Part shown: positions 37,240 to 44,802 of the stretch, piece after piece
Layout of the letters: every line of letters begins with the position of its first letter
Position numbering within the stretch: position 1 is the stretch's first letter
Origin: a bacterium
GTDB lineage: Bacteria > CG2-30-53-67
Direction of reading: 5' to 3'
Assembly: GCA_024277725.1 (NCBI GenBank)
Contig: JAJRUP010000054.1
Coordinates: 1 to 52,791 of the forward strand
DNA: 52,791 nucleotides
The notes under the pieces: generated by a model
The model's database searches: none
What the model was told of the DNA's origin: nothing
What the model saw: only the letters and a program-made list of their open reading frames with translations
Position numbers and translations under genes: made by a program

Positions 37240-37279
37240 TCGGTCTGTTTGTTTCTGCAACCCATAAGGATGTTCCTTC

Positions 37280-38572
37280 ATGCAAAATTCCGATGTACCT
37301 TTTTCTTCCCTCGATCTCCCGGAACCGATTCTCCAGGGGATCGAAGCGGCCGGCTTTACCCATTGCACCCCGATCCAGGCCAAGGTCTTTCCCCTGGCAC
37401 TTGAAGGCCGGGATATCGCCGCAAAGGCCCAGACGGGGACCGGCAAAACCGCCGCTTTCCTTATCACCATCCTGACCCGACTCCTCCGGAACAAATCGAA
37501 AAAACGGACCGGTTCCTCTCCACGGGCCTTCATCGTCGCCCCCACACGAGAACTGGCCGTCCAGATCTACGAAGAAGCAAAACTTCTCGGTCAGGGAACC
37601 GAATTTTCCATGCTGGCCGTCTACGGCGGCGTCGATTACCAGAAACAACGGGAACGACTCAAACTCGGTATCGACATCCTGGTGGGTACACCGGGGCGCC
37701 TCATCGACTATTACAAACAGCGGGTCTTCAATTTGAAAGGGGTGGAGATCGTCGTCATTGACGAGGCCGACCGGATGTTCGACATGGGCTTCATCAAGGA
37801 TCTCCGCTACATGATGCGGCGTCTTCCCCACTACACCAAACGGCAGTCGATGCTCTTCTCGGCCACCCTCTCCTACCGGGTGATGGAACTCGGTTACGAG
37901 CACATGAACCTTCCCGTCAAACTTTCCGTTTCAGAAGAAAAAATCACGGCGGAAAAGGTGGAGCAGGTTCTCTACCATGTAGGAAAAGAGGAGAAGGTCC
38001 CTCTCCTTCTGGGACTTCTGAAACGGGAAGGGGGAGAGCGGGTGCTCCTCTTCGTCAACACCAAAGTCGTTGCCGATCGGATTACCCGTCTCTTGAATGC
38101 CAACGGTTACAAAACCCGGGCCATCACGGGGGATATTCCGCAGGCCACACGACTGAATATTCTGGAATCCTTCAAAAAAGGGACCCTGCCGATCCTCGTC
38201 GCCACCGACGTAGCATCGAGAGGGCTTCACATTGAGGGGGTCACCCACGTCATCAACTATGACCTGCCTCAGGATCCGGAGGATTATGTCCACCGGATCG
38301 GGAGAACGGCCCGAGCCGGCGCCTCGGGCAAGGCAATCAGTCTCGCCTGCGAGACCTATGTCTATTCATTGGAAGAGATTGAAAGGCTGCTCGGCGACAG
38401 GATCCCGACCGAGATTCCGGAGGAAGAACTCCTGGTCAAGGAGTACCAGGCTGCCCCGCACCGAAAGCACAAAAGACGCTCCGCCCCGGGAAAGGGATCA
38501 AAACATTCACAGCAGAAACGGCACCCCCGCCGAAGAAGACGAAGACCGCCGGAGAAATCGAGTCGAAGTTAA
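37280..38572 (+). CDS. DEAD-box ATP-dependent RNA helicase with an Arg-rich C-terminal tail
   Basis: The Q motif is GFTHCTPIQ. Other motifs are AQTGTGKT, DEAD (VIDEADRM), SAT and HRIGRTARAG. The tail is KRHPRRRRRRPPEKS. Confidence 0.93.
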   Translation: MQNSDVPFSSLDLPEPILQGIEAAGFTHCTPIQAKVFPLALEGRDIAAKAQTGTGKTAAFLITILTRLLRNKSKKRTGSSPRAFIVAPTRELAVQIYEEAKLLGQGTEFSMLAVYGGVDYQKQRERLKLGIDILVGTPGRLIDYYKQRVFNLKGVEIVVIDEADRMFDMGFIKDLRYMMRRLPHYTKRQSMLFSATLSYRVMELGYEHMNLPVKLSVSEEKITAEKVEQVLYHVGKEEKVPLLLGLLKREGGERVLLFVNTKVVADRITRLLNANGYKTRAITGDIPQATRLNILESFKKGTLPILVATDVASRGLHIEGVTHVINYDLPQDPEDYVHRIGRTARAGASGKAISLACETYVYSLEEIERLLGDRIPTEIPEEELLVKEYQAAPHRKHKRRSAPGKGSKHSQQKRHPRRRRRRPPEKSSRS

Positions 38573-38651
38573 CGACTTCGTAAACATCCTCCACACCCCG
38601 ACTCAATTCATCCTTCGGACGACGAAGCCTCAAACTCTCCGGCCCCCCTCA

Positions 38652-40022
38652 TCACGGCGACAACGTAATGGAGTAACCGATTCCCTTCCGGATCACCAGC
38701 AACACCACATTCCCGGCATTCAAGGCTTGTTCCATGGCTCTTTGATAATCCTTCAACGAACGCACGCGGGTATTGTTCACCCGACCGATGCGATCCCCCG
38801 GACGGATTCCGATCTTGTAAGCTTCGGAATGGCGGTCAACCTTTTCAATTACGACCCCTCCCGCACCGGGCGGAAGCCCGCCCTGACGCTTCGAAAGGTC
38901 GGTCACATCGAGTCCGAGCCATTCCCGGGAAATCGCCATGGCCCGTTCCGGGGTGATCTCACTTCCCTTCACGGTGGCCTCCCGTATCTTTCCATCGCGG
39001 AGGAAACGGAGGGGGATCTTCTCATCCACACGGTACCCTTCGATCAGTGTCAGGTAGGATTCCCGATCCTCCACGTCCCGTTCCCCGATCCGGATCAGGA
39101 TGTCCCCTTCCCGGAGTCCGGCCCGATCGGCGGGACTGTTCTGCACCACGCGGGAAATCAACATCCCTTTCCCCTCGGGAAGCCCGAAGTAACGGACCAG
39201 TTGCGGCGTCAGATCCTGGAGAAAGATCCCGAGCCACGGTTGGTGGACCCGGCCATAGGCCACGAGGTCTTCATAGATTCGCCGGGCCCGCCCGATGGGG
39301 ATGGCAAAACCGATCCCCTCGGCCTTCCGGTAGATCGCCGTATTGATGCCGATCAGCTCTCCGTTGATGTTGAGAAGAGGTCCGCCGCTGTTGCCCGGGT
39401 TGATCGAGGCATCGGTCTGAATAAAATCCTGATAGAGACGATTCCCCGTGCGAATCGACCGATTCAGCGCGCTGATCACACCGGTTGTCACGGAATGGGA
39501 AAGCCCGAAGGGATTGCCGATAGCGATGACCGTCTCCCCGATCATGAGGTCGTCGGAGCGCCCCATATGGATATAGGGAAAGGGATCGTCGGCTTCGATC
39601 CGAAGAACGGCGAGATCCGATTTGGGATCGGAACCGACGAGGGTGGCCCGGTACTCCGTCTGGTCGGCCAGGCGGACCTGGATCGTTGTGGCCTGAGTGA
39701 TCACATGTTCATTGGTGAGGATATATCCCTCGGGCGAGATGATCACCCCCGAACCGAGGCTCTGTGTCTTGTACTCCCGGGGCGCAAAGGATTCATAGAA
39801 ATCACGGAAGAATTCATCGAAGAAAGGAGAGGGCGTACCGAAGGAAAAGGGGGAACGTTCTTCATGGACCTGAACACTGCTGATGTTCACGACCGCAGCG
39901 GAAGACCTTTCCACTGCCTCCACCACGGCATCCCGTCGGGAATAAGGGGCGTGCCCCGCCCAAAGGGATGAGCCGGAGAGAGAGAGCACAAGAAACACCA
40001 CAAGGAAGAAAAATCGGTCCAT
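38652..40022 (-). CDS. Periplasmic serine endoprotease, HtrA/DegP/DegQ family, with two PDZ domains
   Basis: A signal peptide is present. The catalytic motifs are TNEHV, D..AVLRI and GNSGGPLLN. Two PDZ-like segments follow. Confidence 0.9.
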   Translation of the reverse strand: MDRFFFLVVFLVLSLSGSSLWAGHAPYSRRDAVVEAVERSSAAVVNISSVQVHEERSPFSFGTPSPFFDEFFRDFYESFAPREYKTQSLGSGVIISPEGYILTNEHVITQATTIQVRLADQTEYRATLVGSDPKSDLAVLRIEADDPFPYIHMGRSDDLMIGETVIAIGNPFGLSHSVTTGVISALNRSIRTGNRLYQDFIQTDASINPGNSGGPLLNINGELIGINTAIYRKAEGIGFAIPIGRARRIYEDLVAYGRVHQPWLGIFLQDLTPQLVRYFGLPEGKGMLISRVVQNSPADRAGLREGDILIRIGERDVEDRESYLTLIEGYRVDEKIPLRFLRDGKIREATVKGSEITPERAMAISREWLGLDVTDLSKRQGGLPPGAGGVVIEKVDRHSEAYKIGIRPGDRIGRVNNTRVRSLKDYQRAMEQALNAGNVVLLVIRKGIGYSITLSP

Positions 40023-40140
40023 TTTTTTCGAATCCCTTTCATCTTCATCTTAATCATGATCTCAACCCAACGCTTCCTCCTTCACCCCCCCATTGAAAAG
40101 GCACTCAAGATTCAGATGAATATATGAGTGAAGTGCTTTT

Positions 40141-40797
40141 TCAGGCTCTCCACCCCTCAATACCGTATTTTTTCAAAATCGCCGATATCTCCTCCCGCGC
40201 CTCCTTGGTACGCCCTTTCCGGAGCAGGGACAAGATCTTGGACTCGGCCAACTCCCGAAAGAGTCGGGAGCGATCTCTCCCATCACCGACGGCGTCCAGG
40301 GCCAGGGGCCTCAACGCCTTGAGGAGTTTCAGAAACCGGCCGTACTCCGGGCCGAAATGGGCCTCTAACTCCCGGCGGATCGTCTTGGCTAAGGCAGGAC
40401 TGCTCCCACCCGTGGAGACCGCCACCGTGAGATCTCCGCGCCGAACCGCGGAGGGAACGATGAACTCACACAGTTCCGGGACATCGACGACATTCATCAA
40501 GACACCCCGTTTTCTGCCCTCCCGCACGGCCTTCCGGTGGACCTGTACATCATCGGTCGCACAGAAGGCCAGCCGGACCCGGTCCAGATCGGAGGGACGG
40601 AAGGTCCCCCTGCGGCAAGTGATCCGTCGAGTGTCGACAAGCTGCTGCAATCCCGTTGTCAACGCCGGACTGACCAGACGGACCCGCGCTCCATAGCGGA
40701 GCAGGGAACGCACCTTCCGTTCGGCCACCCGGCCTCCACCGATGACCAGGACCCTGATCTTTTCCAGATTCAGGAAGAGGGGATAATAGGGATTCAT
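40141..40797 (-). CDS. Precorrin-2 dehydrogenase / sirohydrochlorin ferrochelatase (SirC / CysG N-domain-like)
   Basis: The sequence YPLFLNLEKIRVLVIGGGRVAERKVRSLLRYGARVRLVSP is the typical siroheme synthase N-terminal NAD-binding motif. The size is about 218 aa. Confidence 0.75.
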   Translation of the reverse strand: MNPYYPLFLNLEKIRVLVIGGGRVAERKVRSLLRYGARVRLVSPALTTGLQQLVDTRRITCRRGTFRPSDLDRVRLAFCATDDVQVHRKAVREGRKRGVLMNVVDVPELCEFIVPSAVRRGDLTVAVSTGGSSPALAKTIRRELEAHFGPEYGRFLKLLKALRPLALDAVGDGRDRSRLFRELAESKILSLLRKGRTKEAREEISAILKKYGIEGWRA

Positions 40798-40807
40798 TCC
40801 AGGCTGT

Positions 40808-41809
40808 TCACCAGGGGGTGATTTTGTCGAGAAAGGAGCGTTTCCGCAGGGTCTCCTTCACCCCCGCTCCGGTTTCGTCCGCTTCCGTGAGACACCGATC
40901 AGCCGGCCCTTCCGCATGCAAGAGCAGGATCCGACGGGCCGCTCCGTCCCGGTCCTTTCCCTGATAGGTCCCCGCCAACCCGGGGGCGGAAAGCGGTCTC
41001 CCGGCACAGTCCGCCGCCGTCTTTTCCCCATCGGAGACCTCCGTCCCCTGCTGCTCCAGCCGGAGAGCGGAGGGAATGTATTCGCTGTTCGGATACCGTT
41101 CGAAGAGGAGTCTTCGATACTCCTCGGCATGTTCCTCATCCTTCAGATTCCGATAGGTCTTGTAAAGATAGAAAATGAGCTGATCTTCAATCCCTGAATC
41201 CGGATATCGATCCAAAGCCTTCTTGAAACGGTTGATGGCAGCAAACAGGGCGTTTTTCCGCAGATAAAACTCACCGATGAAGAATTCATTCTCCGCCAGA
41301 AAGGTATGAATCGATTTGATCCGAAACTTCGCCGGAGAAAGGTATCCACTTTCCGGAAAATCCTTCAGCAGGCGGTTGAACTCTTTCAGCGCCTCTTTGG
41401 CATGGGTCGGGTCCCGGTCGATGGTATCGATCTGCCAGTAATGACACTCCCCGATCCGGTAGAGAAGATAGTCGGCCACGGGTCCGCCGGAGTGAAGCTT
41501 GAACATCTCCTCATAAAGGGCACGTGCGGCTTCATACTCCTTCTCTTCAAAGTAGCTGTCCGCCACGGCGATCTGGGCCAAAAGCTCCAGGCCGGTCTCC
41601 GTCCCCATGACCTTGACCTTGTTAAAGATTTTCCGGGCCTCTTCATACCTTGCCTCTTTTTCCAGATGGACCCCCTGATCGTAGAGTTCACGAGCCGTAA
41701 GGGTCTTTTCCGGAGCTTTCTTCTTCCAGAAGCAGCCCCCCGGCAGGAGCATGAGAATCAACAGGAAAACCGCCCAACCCCGAAGGGGAAAGATTTTTCT
41801 TCTCTCCAT
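40808..41809 (-). CDS. bamD: Outer-membrane protein assembly factor BamD (YfiO-like TPR lipoprotein) with an extended C-terminal tail
   Basis: The signal and lipobox are MERRKIFPLRGWAVFLLILMLLPGGC. TPR-like repeats are present (ELYDQGVHLEKEARYEEARKIFNKV, AVADSYFEEKEYEAARALYEEM, EFYLRKNALFAAINRFKKAL). The ATG at 41809 has GGAGA upstream. Confidence 0.8.
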   Translation of the reverse strand: MERRKIFPLRGWAVFLLILMLLPGGCFWKKKAPEKTLTARELYDQGVHLEKEARYEEARKIFNKVKVMGTETGLELLAQIAVADSYFEEKEYEAARALYEEMFKLHSGGPVADYLLYRIGECHYWQIDTIDRDPTHAKEALKEFNRLLKDFPESGYLSPAKFRIKSIHTFLAENEFFIGEFYLRKNALFAAINRFKKALDRYPDSGIEDQLIFYLYKTYRNLKDEEHAEEYRRLLFERYPNSEYIPSALRLEQQGTEVSDGEKTAADCAGRPLSAPGLAGTYQGKDRDGAARRILLLHAEGPADRCLTEADETGAGVKETLRKRSFLDKITPW

Positions 41810-41855
41810 GCAGTCTCCAGAAAATACATTTAATTTCAAGATGTTACACATGGCA

Positions 41856-41909
41856 TGTATACTATCTCTCCCGGGGAAAGTCAAGGGAAAACCCCAAATC
41901 CGCCGATGG
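41856..41909 (-). promoter_or_regulatory. bamD promoter module (upstream element plus sigma-70 -35/-10)
   Basis: The minus strand reads CCATCGGCGGATTTGGG-gttttccc-TTGACT-ttccccgggagagatag-TATACA. Confidence 0.55.
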
Positions 41910-42000
41910 AAAGGAGCTTTTCTTTACAAGTGGAGACACATGCGGCAGCCCCGGCCGTCAATATTGATCTCTTCTCTATTATAAAAAACAGATTCCTTAT

Positions 42001-42053
42001 CCATCAGCGGATTTGGGATATTGATTGACTTTTCCGGGCAGATATCCTATTTT
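42001..42053 (+). promoter_or_regulatory. Promoter module of the large-protein/bamA operon, a mirror copy of the bamD module
   Basis: The plus strand reads CCATCAGCGGATTTGGG-atattga-TTGACT-tttccgggcagatatcc-TATTTT. Confidence 0.55.
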
Positions 42054-42215
42054 TCACAGGTTAATTTCAGTGTAAATGGACAAAAAAGTTCATCACCCGG
42101 ACCTGTCTGCGCACAATCACGCACAGGCAGATCGGTTGAACCTCTCCGGGTCCACCACCAGAGACGGAGGTCTAAGATCAGCAATAAACGTACGATAATT
42201 AACCGGGGGATATCT

Positions 42216-44801
42216 TTGCGGTTTTTCATTTTCATCTACCTTCTGGGGATGCTCCTGCATGCTCAGACGCTTCTGGGCGCTGATTATGCCCATGTCTCCG
42301 CCACCCCGTTTAAGACCTTCAACTATATCGACACAGCCTCCGGCGGCACCGAGATCGTACTGGGGGACGACGCCGTCAGCGACCCCATCGAGCTCGGTTT
42401 CACTTTCAGCTACTACGGGACTCCCTATACACAGATCCTCGTCGGCTCCAACGGCACGATCGGTTTCCCGACGGACACGACGGGCCTCGATACCACGACG
42501 AAGCTTCCGGCCATCCCCGACGCAACCGCTCCAAACGCCGTCATCGCCCCCTTCTCGGCCGATCTCGACCCCTCCGCCGGAGGGAGTATCCATTTCCTGC
42601 AGGGGGGAACGGAAGGGAGCCGCTATCTGGCCGTCGAATGGCTCAATGTCCCGCTGAAAGGCAAGGGAGGCCTCCGCTCCTTCGAGGTCGTCCTCTATGA
42701 GGACAACGGCGATATCCTCTTTTCGTACAAAACCCTCCAGGGAGGTGAAGAGATCGATAGCACCACCGTGACCATCGGCATCGAGAACGGTGACGCTTCG
42801 GCATGGCTGACCCCTGCGGATGTTACGCAGATCGTCGAGGGGACCTCCATCCTCTTCTCCGAAAGCGCCGACGACAGCGACGGGAACGGTTTGAACGACC
42901 GTTTCGAGTCTTTTTACAGCCTCACCGGCGGCGGCTCCGGTGATGATGACGGTGACGGCCTGACCAACGACGCCGAATTCACCGCCGGAACCCGGCCCGA
43001 CCAGGTCGATTCCGACGGCGACGGGATCGAAGACGGCAAGGACGCCGATGCTCTTTCCACCGATTCCGACGACGACGGCCTGCGGGATTCCGTGGAGGAT
43101 GTCAACAAGGACGGCGTCGCCGACAGCAATGAAACCCATGCCGACGCCTTCGATACCGACGGCGACGGCTATACCGATGGGGCTGAGATCACCTACGGCG
43201 CCGACCCCCTCGATGCCGCCTCCACGCCTTCCCTGGGCTTTACCGCCGTAACGACCACGATCCAGGATGCCATCAACAACGCATCCGCGGGCGACCGGAT
43301 CTATATCCCCGCCCGGACAACGGCCTATGTAGAAGACCTGACCCTCGACAAAGCAATCACCTTGGTCGGCGCCGGTGCCGACTTTACAACCGTTGAAGGG
43401 ACGATCACCATCACCGGTGTGGAGGGGGCTACCCTGACGGGCTTCACCATCGCCGGTGCCGCAACCGCCGTCAGGATCCTCGGCCACGCCACGACCGCAA
43501 CGGACGTCAATCTAACGAAAATAAAGCTGAAAAACTGTACCAACGGCGTCCTGATCTCCGATGCCGCCGCTTCCGGCGGAACGGCAGGCACAAAGACAAA
43601 AGCCGTTCTGGACCAGGTGACCTTCACCATGACCGACCCGATGACCGTCGGATACGGCATCAAGGTGGAGGAACTGCAGGACGGAACGGACGATGTCCTC
43701 ATCAAGAATTCCTCCCTCACCCTGACCGGCAGCGGAGGGGGCATCATCGTCGACGGCAGCCTGAATACGGAGATCCGGGGGACAACCGTCTCCAACGCCG
43801 AAACCTCCGGCATTGTCATCCGTGGAAACGACAGCGCCTCCGTCGTCATTGAGAACTCCACCCTCTCGGGGAACTTCGGTCCCGGAGTCACCATCGAAGA
43901 CGGCGGATCCGGCATCACCCTCGACGGAAACACCCTCTCCGGAAACAACGGGAGCGGCGTCCTGCTGACGGGCAATGCAGCGGTCACCCTGACGAACAAC
44001 ACCATCGCCCAGAACGGCGGATACGGCATTGAGGCAACGGGGAGCCCCACCGTAACCAATTCCGGCAACGCCCTTACGGGAAATACCAACGGCAGTTACA
44101 GCGACACCACCCTCTTCAGCAGCGACACCCCTGCCGATGGAGCGGGAGCGACCACCACGGGAAAAATCATCGGCTACTCCACCGCCCGGATTCCGGCAGC
44201 CGGCGGCGGAACCGTCGCCCTGATCGATCCGCCGGTGGTACTGAGCGATCCCATTTTCAGCCTCTTCGGAACGAGTATCACCTTTCCGGCCGGAGCACTG
44301 AGTGAGGACAGCCGGGTGACGATCTCCGAATCGACGGCATCCTTTCCCTCATTGCCGATCACTTTCAACTACGCAATGCCCGTCGTGGAGTTTTCCCTGG
44401 AGCAGGGGACCCTGAAGACACCGGCCACGATCACCCTACCGGTCCTGGCCGACTATGACACCGATGTAGCCCGGGTCTTTCATCTGGAGGGAAACACCTG
44501 GAAGGAGATTACGGCGGCACCGCCGGCGAACCGTGCCGCAACTTCCCTGCAGACGGCAACCGTGGCCGCCGTACATCAACAGGTCTCTTTTCAAACAGAC
44601 AGTCCGGGCGTCTTCGTTCTGGTGATCGATCTTCCGGTCCTGGACACCGGCGACACGGGAGGCGGAGGAGGATGCGCCCTGCGGCGCAACCGCTCCTTTT
44701 CCCACGGTTCTTCTCCACTGATCGATACCGTGTTCCTCCTTTCTCCGCTCCTGGTTCTGATCCGGCAATACAGAAAGAGACGGTACGCTATTGAAGAGTA
44801 A
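42216..44801 (+). CDS. Large secreted/cell-surface protein. It has an N-terminal NIDO-like domain, Asp-rich calcium-binding (thrombospondin type 3-like) repeats, a right-handed parallel beta-helix (PbH1/NosD-like) region, and a C-terminal sorting-like signal.
   Basis: I propose a TTG start at 42216, with GGGGGA 5 nt upstream, which gives a signal peptide M-RFFIFIYLLGMLLHAQTLLGA. DxDxDG repeats include DSDGNGLND, DDDGDGLTND, DSDGDGIEDG, DSDDDGLRD and DTDGDGYTDG. Beta-helix repeats include SGNNGSGVLLTGNAAVTLTNNTIAQNGGYGIEATG. The tail is GGGGGCALRRNRSFSHGSSPLIDTVFLLSPLLVLIRQYRKRR. Confidence 0.75.
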   Translation: MRFFIFIYLLGMLLHAQTLLGADYAHVSATPFKTFNYIDTASGGTEIVLGDDAVSDPIELGFTFSYYGTPYTQILVGSNGTIGFPTDTTGLDTTTKLPAIPDATAPNAVIAPFSADLDPSAGGSIHFLQGGTEGSRYLAVEWLNVPLKGKGGLRSFEVVLYEDNGDILFSYKTLQGGEEIDSTTVTIGIENGDASAWLTPADVTQIVEGTSILFSESADDSDGNGLNDRFESFYSLTGGGSGDDDGDGLTNDAEFTAGTRPDQVDSDGDGIEDGKDADALSTDSDDDGLRDSVEDVNKDGVADSNETHADAFDTDGDGYTDGAEITYGADPLDAASTPSLGFTAVTTTIQDAINNASAGDRIYIPARTTAYVEDLTLDKAITLVGAGADFTTVEGTITITGVEGATLTGFTIAGAATAVRILGHATTATDVNLTKIKLKNCTNGVLISDAAASGGTAGTKTKAVLDQVTFTMTDPMTVGYGIKVEELQDGTDDVLIKNSSLTLTGSGGGIIVDGSLNTEIRGTTVSNAETSGIVIRGNDSASVVIENSTLSGNFGPGVTIEDGGSGITLDGNTLSGNNGSGVLLTGNAAVTLTNNTIAQNGGYGIEATGSPTVTNSGNALTGNTNGSYSDTTLFSSDTPADGAGATTTGKIIGYSTARIPAAGGGTVALIDPPVVLSDPIFSLFGTSITFPAGALSEDSRVTISESTASFPSLPITFNYAMPVVEFSLEQGTLKTPATITLPVLADYDTDVARVFHLEGNTWKEITAAPPANRAATSLQTATVAAVHQQVSFQTDSPGVFVLVIDLPVLDTGDTGGGGGCALRRNRSFSHGSSPLIDTVFLLSPLLVLIRQYRKRRYAIEE

Positions 44802-44802
44802 A

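Noticed and set aside
38573-38651. TTCGTAAACATCC in the helicase-htrA convergent spacer, resembling the repeat arm TTCGTAAATAC, with a CTTCG/CGAAG hairpin nearby.
   Set aside because: The match is 9 of 11 over a short stretch with no partner arm and no interior block. It could be a decayed copy or chance, and it is not counted as a family member.
38232-39971. Long ORFs antisense to well-supported genes: 38232-39971 opposite htrA, 10754-11917, 14249-15424, 17093-18256, 25823-27022 opposite dnaK, 28821-30227, 42117-43487, 44833-45873, 47839-48765, and 51260-52690 opposite hldE.
   Set aside because: Their translations are low-complexity and rich in Arg/Pro/Gly, with no recognisable motifs. Each lies entirely within a gene on the other strand that has clear family signatures. 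They are shadow ORFs of the kind expected in GC-rich coding DNA.
42021-42215. N-terminal 65 aa of the large-protein ORF (track start at the TTG at 42021).
   Set aside because: This start would begin inside the proposed -35 region, and the signal peptide would follow a 65 aa basic leader. The TTG at 42216 with an upstream GGGGGA gives a normal signal peptide.
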